This document shows positions 19,921-27,970 of a stretch of 64,000 nt of DNA, piece by piece; position 1 is the stretch's first letter, and every line of letters begins with the position of its first letter. The stretch covers positions 105,507 to 169,506 of the forward strand of contig JAHHIK010000002.1 in NCBI GenBank assembly GCA_019358935.1, read 5' to 3'. The notes below the pieces were generated by a model. That model saw only the letters and a program-made list of their open reading frames with translations, did not search any database and was not told where the DNA came from. The DNA comes from Tolypothrix carrinoi HA7290-LM1. GTDB lineage: Bacteria > Cyanobacteriota > Cyanobacteriia > Cyanobacteriales > Nostocaceae. The translations under genes were made by a program, and so were the position numbers.

Positions 19921-20127
19921 CTTGTCATTACCAACATATTTCAAAACCCTCGCTTTTGCCGCTATCTCGCCTTAGAATTTATTCTAAGGCTAATAGCACA
20001 AGTCCATTAAAATGGACTGAAATCTTTATTTAGTCCTCTTTTAGAGGACTTTAGCTGTTAGACAACGGTTTATAACCGTTGGCGGGATAAGGGTTTTACG
20101 AGATAAATAAATGTTGCTAATGACAAG
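19921..20127. mobile_element. MITE with 17-bp terminal inverted repeats and a flanking direct repeat
   Basis: TIRs CTTGTCATTACCAACAT / ATGTTGCTAATGACAAG (16/17 match). GGCACCGAAGCC is repeated at 19909-19920 and 20128-20139. Four internal hairpins. Confidence 0.85.
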
Positions 20128-20264
20128 GGCACCGAAGCCGCTGGCTCTACGAACAGAGCTTACCTGCGTGGGCTAATTAGACGCATCTTCATATAGAAAA
20201 GGTATTAATACAGTATTTCATTAATCTGATCGCTTTGTTAAATTTGGCAATACCCTGCAATGCC

Positions 20265-20448
20265 AATGCATTCCGATGCAATCTTAATGCATCCCGATAC
20301 AATGTTAATGCATCCCGATGCAATCTTAATGCATCCCGATACAATGTTAATGCATCCCGATGCAATCTTAATGCATCCCGATGCAATGTTAATGCATCCC
20401 GATGCAATCTTAATGCATCCCGATGCAATCTTAATGCATCCCCTTGCA
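20265..20448. repeat. 21-bp tandem array: 8 full units plus a partial unit
   Basis: Unit AATGCATCCCGAT(G/A)CAAT(C/G)TT, counted directly. Confidence 0.95.
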
Positions 20449-20755
20449 TTTAAAAACGCTGCGCTTTTACGCAAAACTTTACTTAGTTATGGCGGATGTA
20501 AACTGACTGACCTGGCAATTTGGGCGCATTTTCTGGTAAAATGACGTAAGGATGAGCCTCAGAACCTCGACAATCAGCCTTAATATCATTAGTTATCCTA
20601 GAAACCTTGTAAAACTCTCTGCGCCTGGAGCAGCTCTGGGTGAGCTTTAATAATAATACTTCAATCGGGCTTGGATATGAACTTTCAACTATGAGCCTTA
20701 TAAACTCATCAAATGCGCGGTTTACCAACTTTGAATTTGGCATTTCGCGTAGCGG

Positions 20756-22858
20756 CTACCCCCATAAAAATCTTATAAGCCTTCGCAGCCAAGAGTTGCT
20801 AGCACTTATCTTAGCCCGCAAATTTGCCAAATTTTTACGGACAGTAACCGTATTTGGATGATTAACCCCCAAAACCCGCTCACACAGTTCTAAAGCTTGG
20901 ATAAACAGCGGTTCGGCTTCACTGTAGCGTCCTTGGGAATCGTAGAGATTAGCCAAGTTGTTCAAGCTGGTGGCAACATCGGGATGTTCTTCTCCCAGCA
21001 GGCGTTTTCGCAGTTCTAAAGCTTGGATATGCAGCGGTTCGGCATCACTGTAGCGTCCTTGGGAATAGTAGAGTCCTGCCAAGTTGTTCAAGCTGGTGGC
21101 AACATCGGGATGTTCTTCTCCCAGCAGGCGTTTTCGCAGTGCTAAAGCTTGGATATGCAGCGGTTCGGCTTCACTGTAGCGTCCTTGGGAATAGTAGAGT
21201 CCTGCCAAGTTGTTCAAGCTCATGGCAACATGGGGATGTTCTTCTCCCAGCAGGGGTTTAGAAAGTGCTAAAGCTTGGATAAACAGCGGTTCGGCTTCAC
21301 TGTAGCGTCCTTGGGAATTGTAGAGATTAGCCAAGTTGTTCAAGCGAATGGCTACATCGGGATGTTCTTCTCCCAGCAGGCGTTTAGAAAGTGCTAAAGC
21401 TTGGATATACAGCGGTTCGGCTTCAGTGTAGCGTCCTTGGGAATTGTACAGATAAGCCAAGTTGTTCAAGCTGGTGGCTACATGGGGATGTTCTTCTCCC
21501 AGACTGGCTCTGACTACTTCTACACACTGCTTGAACCAAGGTTCGGCGATCGCATACAAACCCTGTCCATGATAGAATCTGCCCAAACCGACGAAAACCG
21601 AAATTAAATCTTCATCACTCACCGCATCAGTGAGATTTTGTGCCACTTCTGTTAAATGGGGTATGGCATCTTGCACTGACTTGATCTTCTCAAGGGTGGG
21701 TGTGTCGGGTATTTGCTGGGCAACTTTTATAAATACAGCCGCAAAATTTCTTCGGAAGTCATCTGTGTTTTCTAATGCTGCTAACTTTGCCTTGAGAAAT
21801 TCCCGAATTAAAGGATGTATTTTGTAGCAAGCTTGTTTCTCTTGCAGGCTTTCAATTAAATAACGCTTGTAAAGTTGCTTTTTGGCTTCGTTAATGTCTG
21901 ATGTACAATTAAGCAAATCAGTTGCAGATTCTACGAATTTCCAAGAAATAACATCTGGGGCAAATAAACTCAAATACGCTCCCACACGCTGGGTTATCGG
22001 CTTGAGTTGTTGCCAGCTTAATTCAAATGCGGCTTTCACCCCTTGCGTTGAAGGGTTTATTGCTTCATCTTCCAGTCGCTGGGCTTTCAGCCTTTGTAAC
22101 ATCTCTGCTAGAGATAAATCTGGATCTTCGTCTAAATACTGCCGTACTAATTGCAACCCCAAGGGCAGATATCCCAACCATTGGCACAATTTTTCTGCAT
22201 CAACTCGTTTTTTACCTTTTAATGGCAGCAATTGCAAAGCTTTATCTGGTGGTAGTACATTCAGAGGTAATTCCTGCACATTGTCGAGGTTTCGCAAGCG
22301 GGTTGTCAGCAATACGCGGAAGCGGTTAGTTGTTGGTAGTAGCGTTTGACAACTTTCCCAATTTTCATCAGTCACATCATCTAATACTACCAACACCAGC
22401 TTTTCTGCTGGTTGCCAGTTTTGCCAACACCAGGCTACCTGTTCCTGAAGAGTCAGCAGTCTTTCTCCCTGTTTTTGCGGTACTTCCTGCATGTATAACT
22501 GGACAATCTCTAATATATCCGCTGCCAAATTCGATTTCTTCGCATTTAACCAGCAAATACCCCCAGGATAATCTTTTTCATGTCCTAGAGCATATTGCGT
22601 CGCGAGTTCGGTTTTGCCGATTCCACCCATACCCGCTATTGCCGAAATTGCGACAGTACCAGGTTGCTGCAATTTTTCATGCAGCGTGGTGAGTTCCTGT
22701 TCTCGTCCAACAAAGTTAGCGATGCCTCGATTAGGAATATATTTTATGGGATTTGGTGGAGAAGTTCGTTGGGGTTGCCCAAAATTGATATTTGGGTTAT
22801 GGATGTTGACACTTCCGCCCTTAATATTTACACCTTGCCAATTTTCGTTGTTAGTCAT
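20756..22858 (-). CDS. NLR-like STAND NTPase: short N-terminal motif, NB-ARC and TPR repeats
   Basis: FVGREQEL, Walker A GMGGIGKT, Walker B LVVLDDV, LLTTR, GYLPLGL and IHPLIREF, then HPxVAxSLNNLA TPRs. Confidence 0.92.
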   Translation of the reverse strand: MTNNENWQGVNIKGGSVNIHNPNINFGQPQRTSPPNPIKYIPNRGIANFVGREQELTTLHEKLQQPGTVAISAIAGMGGIGKTELATQYALGHEKDYPGGICWLNAKKSNLAADILEIVQLYMQEVPQKQGERLLTLQEQVAWCWQNWQPAEKLVLVVLDDVTDENWESCQTLLPTTNRFRVLLTTRLRNLDNVQELPLNVLPPDKALQLLPLKGKKRVDAEKLCQWLGYLPLGLQLVRQYLDEDPDLSLAEMLQRLKAQRLEDEAINPSTQGVKAAFELSWQQLKPITQRVGAYLSLFAPDVISWKFVESATDLLNCTSDINEAKKQLYKRYLIESLQEKQACYKIHPLIREFLKAKLAALENTDDFRRNFAAVFIKVAQQIPDTPTLEKIKSVQDAIPHLTEVAQNLTDAVSDEDLISVFVGLGRFYHGQGLYAIAEPWFKQCVEVVRASLGEEHPHVATSLNNLAYLYNSQGRYTEAEPLYIQALALSKRLLGEEHPDVAIRLNNLANLYNSQGRYSEAEPLFIQALALSKPLLGEEHPHVAMSLNNLAGLYYSQGRYSEAEPLHIQALALRKRLLGEEHPDVATSLNNLAGLYYSQGRYSDAEPLHIQALELRKRLLGEEHPDVATSLNNLANLYDSQGRYSEAEPLFIQALELCERVLGVNHPNTVTVRKNLANLRAKISASNSWLRRLIRFLWG
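20890..21500 (-). repeat. Five near-identical 126-bp (42-aa) TPR units inside the NLR
   Basis: GGATGTTCTTCTCCCA recurs at 20982, 21108, 21234, 21360 and 21486. Confidence 0.9.
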
Positions 22859-22973
22859 GAGTGTGTTGCTGAGTCAAAATATGAATTAGCCTCACGCAAA
22901 GGCGCAAAGGCGCAAAGAGTAAGAGTTTCAGATATATTTCATATCCGCGCTTCAGCAATGCCAGGATAGGTAT

Positions 22974-23408
22974 TTATTTGCTGCGAAAGTCTAAATTAGG
23001 TTTATTAATGGTGTTATTTCCGCCCTTAATATTTATCCCTTGCCAATTTTCGTTAATGATTCCTGGGCGTTGTGCCTGCACCATCTGTGTTAAATCTTGA
23101 ATAGCCTTCTCCAGTTGAGGATTTGTCTTTGCGGCTTGGTTTACATCATTTCCCAAAGCTTCCACTGCCGCTTTTATCTCTGGATCTGCTTGCGCTGCTT
23201 TCTCTATCTCTAAAACAGCGACACCAATATCTTCTCGCCCTGCTGCTGGTAAAGCTGCTAAAGTCGCTACAGTATCAGGCGATTTAGCTTGTAGCTTTTG
23301 TTTGGCATAATCAAGCCCTGCATCAAAAGCCTTTTCTATACCCCAATCAGCAAATTTGCCGCCTAAATATAGTCCTAACGCGATCGCTCCAGCGGTTAAC
23401 GGTTCCAT
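22974..23408 (-). CDS. Small Bell-domain-like helical protein with a C-terminal putative amyloid motif
   Basis: Hydrophobic N-terminal helix MEPLTAGAIALG and a helical body with ..DPEIKAAVEAL. The C-terminal NENWQGINIKGGNNTINKPNLDF is shared with the NLR N-terminus. Confidence 0.7.
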   Translation of the reverse strand: MEPLTAGAIALGLYLGGKFADWGIEKAFDAGLDYAKQKLQAKSPDTVATLAALPAAGREDIGVAVLEIEKAAQADPEIKAAVEALGNDVNQAAKTNPQLEKAIQDLTQMVQAQRPGIINENWQGINIKGGNNTINKPNLDFRSK

Positions 23409-23495
23409 AAGCTACTTTCGTAAAGCGCAATTACACAGGATACTACCAGCTTGACTGCGGTACTTCCGGAAATGTTTATATTAAGTTTATATTAC

Positions 23496-23587
23496 AGAAC
23501 TTACGCAAAAACTCTCTGCAACTCTTATTCCTTTGTGTCCTTCGTGCCTTCGCGGTTCGTTATTCCGTGAAAGAGTGCGTAAGTCTT
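23496..23587. mobile_element. Short MITE with (A)GGACTTACGCA-type inverted ends
   Basis: AGAACTTACGCA...TGCGTAAGTCTT; a related copy in opposite orientation lies at 24472-24590. Confidence 0.6.
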
Positions 23588-23595
23588 ATTTATAT

Positions 23596-23711
23596 TACAG
23601 CGATTTTCACCTAAATGAACCACATTATTTTTATCTCACGCAAAGGCGCAAAGGCGCAAAGGAAGAAAGAAAGGAAGAAAAGTGTGGTCTAAATACATGA
23701 AAATTGCTGTA
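23596..23711. mobile_element. TA-bounded MITE overlapping the 3' end of the HsdR-N-like gene
   Basis: TACAGCGATTTTCA...TGAAAATTGCTGTA (13/14 inverted match); internal CGCAAAGG repeats. Confidence 0.6.
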
Positions 23712-24381
23712 AACCAGAGCGATCGCCTATTCCTGACAACTGAAAATCTGGTAGTTGGCAAATGGCTTTGAGAACTTGCAATAATTCAATTGCATCTGGA
23801 GATTCATTCAAGTTCAGTAATGGCATTAACTGATAAGTTGGCGGTGTACTTTGTCTAAGATAAACATATTGATAACGCAGTCCATTCGTTATCAATCCCC
23901 ATACAGATTCTTGCTGTTCTAAACTTTTATAAGCGTAGGTAAGCAGTTGTGGTAAACCCTGAAGCACGTCAGCTAAACTATTTTTCGTCTCAATTACTAA
24001 CACCCAAAAAGGCGGCATAGTAATTGCCTGAGCGTTGTTGATTGCTAAAATATCCATGCGTCCTTTAATATTTGTATCCTCGTCTTCGATGGAAATAGCA
24101 ATTACATCCTCCATCGTCAAGCGAATCAGCACATCATAAAATCCAGCCAATCGCATTAATGGGGCAAGTGTCAAAAATTTCACTAATCCTTCCGAAACTT
24201 TTCCCGCTGCTAGGTAACGTTGAAAGTCATTGCTAATCCGCAATAAATCTTGCTGTTCAAACTCACTCAGAGGTTGTAAAGTTAAGTAGTCTGTAAATGA
24301 GCCAATTGGCTGTTCTTCCAGCTTCAGCAAGCGATGAACGTCGTTTAAGAATAGGTTACTAGCTTCTACGGTGAGTGTCAT
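23689..24381 (-). CDS. Stand-alone type I restriction HsdR N-terminal-like PD-(D/E)XK protein
   Basis: GRMDILAI...VLVIETKN...QLLTYA...GLITNG. Confidence 0.75.
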   Translation of the reverse strand: MTLTVEASNLFLNDVHRLLKLEEQPIGSFTDYLTLQPLSEFEQQDLLRISNDFQRYLAAGKVSEGLVKFLTLAPLMRLAGFYDVLIRLTMEDVIAISIEDEDTNIKGRMDILAINNAQAITMPPFWVLVIETKNSLADVLQGLPQLLTYAYKSLEQQESVWGLITNGLRYQYVYLRQSTPPTYQLMPLLNLNESPDAIELLQVLKAICQLPDFQLSGIGDRSGLQQFSCI

Positions 24382-24471
24382 AGGTGGCGATAAGTTGATT
24401 TGTACTAATTCTCATCTTGCCGCAATTTCCACCCGATACAGGCTATGAAAGCGAATGCGTCGTACTAAGTC

Positions 24472-24590
24472 AGGACTTACGCACGAATAATTGAATAACG
24501 TAGACGCGCAAGCGGCTTGCCGAAGGCTACCGCAGAGTACACAGAGATAACAGAGGAATAAGAGTTTGAGAGAGTTTTTGTGTAAGTCCT
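24472..24590. mobile_element. Short MITE with AGGACTTACGCA-type inverted ends
   Basis: AGGACTTACGCA...TGTGTAAGTCCT. Confidence 0.6.
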
Positions 24591-24696
24591 ATAAGTAACC
24601 TTGCAATTTCCGCTTATCTTTAGGAAAATCAAAACACTTTTAGTAAATCTGCGTACAGAATAGTTTGCAGTAACAATATTAATTAGCGATCGCATT

Positions 24697-26670
24697 ATGT
24701 CTCAACCCACGATAGAATCAATCCTCCAAGAAAAGCGTTTATTCCACCCACCAACTGAGTTTTCCCAAAATGCCCAAATCAAAAGTTTAGAAGACTATCA
24801 GCGTCTCTACGACAAAGCTAAGGCAGATCCGCAAGCATTTTGGGCAGAATTGGCTGAAAATGAGTTGCACTGGTTTGAAAAATGGGATACGGTGCTAGAT
24901 TGGCAACCACCTTTTGCGAAATGGTTCGTTGGCGGTAAGATTAATATTTCTTACAACTGTCTTGACAGACACCTCACCACTTGGCGCAAAAATAAAGCTG
25001 CACTGATTTGGGAAGGAGAACCAGGAGACTCGCGCACTCTCACCTACGCGCAATTGCATCGAGAAGTTTGCCAGTTTGCAAATGTTCTCAAGCAGTTGGG
25101 AGTACAAAAAGGCGATCGCGTTGGTATTTACATGCCAATGATACCCGAAGCAGCGATCGCAATGCTAGCTTGTGCGAGAATTGGCGCACCCCACAGCGTC
25201 GTTTTTGGCGGTTTCAGTGCGGAAGCTTTACGCGATCGCCTCATCGATGCCCAAGCAAAGTTGGTTATCACTGCTGATGGTGGTTTCAGAAAAGATGCGA
25301 TCGTTCCTCTCAAAGAACAAGTAGACAAAGCTTTAGCTGATGGTGCTGTCCCCAGCGTGCAAAACGTCCTCGTTGTCAAGCGTACCGGACAAGAAATTTA
25401 TATGCAGTTAGGGGGACGCGACCACTGGTGGCACGACTTGCAAAAAGATGCCTCAGCCGATTGTCCCGCCGAACCGATGGACAGCGAAGATATGCTGTTT
25501 ATCCTTTACACCTCTGGCAGCACTGGCAAACCGAAAGGCGTTGTCCATACAACTGGTGGTTATAACTTATACAGCCACATCACCACGAAATGGATTTTCG
25601 ACTTGCAAGATACTGATGTATATTGGTGTACGGCTGACGTAGGTTGGATTACTGGACACAGTTACATTCTCTACGGTCCCCTTTCCAACGGTGCAACCAG
25701 CGTCATGTATGAAGGAGCGCCGCGTGCTTCAAATCCGGGCTGTACTTGGGACATTATCGAAAAGCACGGTGTAAATATTTTTTATACTGCACCTACGGCA
25801 ATTCGTGCTTTTATCAAAATGGGCGAACATTTGCCGAAAGCGCGAAATCTTTCTTCGCTGCGTTTGTTGGGAACTGTTGGCGAACCGATTAACCCGGAAG
25901 CTTGGATGTGGTATCATAAGATAATAGGCGGGGAACGCTGTCCAATTGTTGATACCTGGTGGCAAACGGAAACAGGCGGTATCATGATTACGCCGTTGCC
26001 AGGAGCAATTCCCACCAAACCCGGTTCCGCAACTTGTCCTTTCCCTGGAATTCTTGCGGATGTTGTAGATTTAGAAGGCAATTCTGTACCGAATAACGAA
26101 GGCGGTTATTTGGCGGTGCGTCATCCTTGGCCCGGTATGATGCGGACTGTATACGGCGACCCAGAACGCTTCCGCCGCACTTATTGGGAACACATCCCCC
26201 CCAAAGATGGAAATTATATCTACTTTGCTGGCGATGGTGCGCGGCAGGATGAAGATGGGTATTTCTGGGTAATGGGACGAGTAGATGATGTGCTGAATGT
26301 GTCAGGGCATCGTTTGGGGACGATGGAGGTAGAATCGGCGCTGGTGTCTCATCCGGCGGTGGCTGAGGCTGCGGTGGTGGGTAAACCGGATGAATTGAAG
26401 GGTGAGGAAGTTGTTGCTTTTGTGACTTTGGAAGGCAGTTTTCAGGCGAGTGAAGAATTGAGTAAGGAGTTGAAGAAGCACGTTGTTCAAGAAATTGGCG
26501 CGATCGCTCGTCCGGGAGAAATTCGCTTTACTGATGCTTTGCCGAAGACGCGATCGGGTAAGATTATGCGGCGATTGCTGCGAAATCTGGCTGCGGGTCA
26601 GGAGGTATCGGGGGATACTTCGACTTTAGAAGATCGCAGCGTGTTGGATAAGCTGCGGGGAGAAGCTTAA
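24697..26670 (+). CDS. acs: Acetyl-CoA synthetase (acetate--CoA ligase)
   Basis: [20 protein letters not shown] and [12 protein letters not shown]. Confidence 0.97.
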   Translation: MSQPTIESILQEKRLFHPPTEFSQNAQIKSLEDYQRLYDKAKADPQAFWAELAENELHWFEKWDTVLDWQPPFAKWFVGGKINISYNCLDRHLTTWRKNKAALIWEGEPGDSRTLTYAQLHREVCQFANVLKQLGVQKGDRVGIYMPMIPEAAIAMLACARIGAPHSVVFGGFSAEALRDRLIDAQAKLVITADGGFRKDAIVPLKEQVDKALADGAVPSVQNVLVVKRTGQEIYMQLGGRDHWWHDLQKDASADCPAEPMDSEDMLFILYTSGSTGKPKGVVHTTGGYNLYSHITTKWIFDLQDTDVYWCTADVGWITGHSYILYGPLSNGATSVMYEGAPRASNPGCTWDIIEKHGVNIFYTAPTAIRAFIKMGEHLPKARNLSSLRLLGTVGEPINPEAWMWYHKIIGGERCPIVDTWWQTETGGIMITPLPGAIPTKPGSATCPFPGILADVVDLEGNSVPNNEGGYLAVRHPWPGMMRTVYGDPERFRRTYWEHIPPKDGNYIYFAGDGARQDEDGYFWVMGRVDDVLNVSGHRLGTMEVESALVSHPAVAEAAVVGKPDELKGEEVVAFVTLEGSFQASEELSKELKKHVVQEIGAIARPGEIRFTDALPKTRSGKIMRRLLRNLAAGQEVSGDTSTLEDRSVLDKLRGEA

Positions 26671-26675
26671 GAAAA

Positions 26676-26738
26676 TCTCACGCCAAGGCGCAGAGACGCA
26701 AAGAGTTAAAAGGGCGTCTTTGCGTCTTGGCGTGAGAA
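26676..26738. terminator. Inverted-repeat hairpin just after acs
   Basis: TCTCACGCCAAG(G)CGCA...TGCG(T)CTTGGCGTGAGA. Confidence 0.55.
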
Positions 26739-26807
26739 TGCAAATTCATATTTTTAAGGGCGATCGCTTTCAAGTAAGTTAAGTTATGAAGCATTGACAG
26801 TTAAAGA

Positions 26808-27152
26808 GTGGAAGCACAACCTAGAGAAATCCGAAACTACCGAACAGTAGACGAGAGAATTCCTTTTGAAGAGTGGCTTGATTCTCTACGGGATAGAAGA
26901 GCCAGAGCTAAAATTAGAAATAGGCTTACACGAGTCGAATCAGGTAACTTGGGAGATTATCGCTCAGTAGGGGAAGGAGTTTTTGAACTGAGAATTGATT
27001 ATGCTTCCGGTTATCGTGTTTATTTTGGGCAAATAGGGTCAACGATAATAGTTATACTCTGTGGCGGAGATAAAAGTACACAAGAACAGGACATTCTTAC
27101 AGCTAAGGAATATTGGAGAGATTATGAAAGACGTGAAAACCCCAACCAGTAG
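26808..27152 (+). CDS. RelE/ParE/HigB-family toxin (addiction module killer protein)
   Basis: FEEWLDSLRD..GNLGDYRSVGEGVFELRIDYASGYRVYF..LCGGDKSTQEQDI. Confidence 0.9.
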   Translation: MEAQPREIRNYRTVDERIPFEEWLDSLRDRRARAKIRNRLTRVESGNLGDYRSVGEGVFELRIDYASGYRVYFGQIGSTIIVILCGGDKSTQEQDILTAKEYWRDYERRENPNQ

Positions 27153-27444
27153 CAGTTACAAAGAATACCTGATTTCGTCTCTCAAAGATCCTCAAGAAGC
27201 TGCTGGTTATCTTGAGACTTTTTTAGAATTAGAAGAACAAGAGAGTGAACCTGAACTATTGCGATCGGCGTTAAAAGATGTGGTTGATGCGCGTTTGCTG
27301 TCAGATAATCTCTCACAAGAAGCTAAACAGCATTATGAACAGCTTGATAAGATGCTGTCAGAAACTGGTGGAACTGAAATTTACACTTTGATAGAGTTTT
27401 TGGATGCTCTTGGATATCGCATTGCGTTAGTACCGAAAGATTGA
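27124..27444 (+). CDS. Cognate antitoxin (addiction module antidote-like)
   Basis: YLISSLKDPQEAAGYLE...ALKDVVDAR...LDALGYRI; overlaps the toxin 3' end; start set at ATG 27124. Confidence 0.75.
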   Translation: MKDVKTPTSSSYKEYLISSLKDPQEAAGYLETFLELEEQESEPELLRSALKDVVDARLLSDNLSQEAKQHYEQLDKMLSETGGTEIYTLIEFLDALGYRIALVPKD

Positions 27445-27584
27445 TGGGGTGGTGAAAGTGCGACAGCGAGTAACTCACATTCCCCGAATTCTCACATAGT
27501 CATAGAGCAATATAATTGCATTGTATTTTCTTTAACTTAAATCTCTAAAATTATAAATATTTTTCCGGAGAAATATAGTTTTGA

Positions 27585-27784
27585 TTATCCGCCTTCGGCG
27601 GAAGGCAGAAGGCAGAGGGCAGAGGGCAGAAGGTATAAATTATGTCTTTGATTCCGCCTTCTGGCTGGAGCCAACTGGGTATAAAACCCCACCGTCTACA
27701 CGGTGGATTCAATCGGTTGGGGTTTGAATCCCCATCCGATTGCTCCTTCAGCATAGCTGCCTCCTGCCCTCTGCCTTTCTTCAA
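27585..27784 (+). mobile_element. Full copy of the ~200-bp non-autonomous element (TTAT...TTCAA)
   Basis: Near-identical to the reverse complement of 48185-48384; several internal hairpins. Confidence 0.85.
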
Positions 27785-27970
27785 AAATAGCAACTATGAC
27801 ACTAATTTAGTGTAGCGATCGCATAAAATCCGATTCGTTGGAACACTTTTATTATTTATGAGGTCGGTAATCAAGTAATAATTTTCTTTGATTACCGCGT
27901 TCTCAATTACCTGTATATCAAGTGATTCACCTAACAACTGAATATTTTCACAAAGCTATTTACGGATGAA

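Noticed and set aside
20265..20448. CRISPR array
   Set aside because: Units are contiguous 21-mers with no unique spacers, and there are no cas genes in the window.
20189..20544. Four overlapping ORFs across the 21-bp array
   Set aside because: The frames are open only because the unit length is a multiple of 3; nothing favours any one of them.
20483..20743. 86-aa ORF just downstream of the NLR
   Set aside because: Operon-like spacing (12 bp) but no recognisable motif; coding status cannot be supported without homology data.
20890..21500. Diversity-generating retroelement target
   Set aside because: No reverse transcriptase or template/variable repeat pair, and the differences between units are not adenine-specific.
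24643..24656. NtcA-like site GTAAATCTGCGTAC upstream of acs
   Set aside because: It matches GTA-N8-TAC but has no TAN3T box at the expected ~22-nt spacing; plausible by chance.
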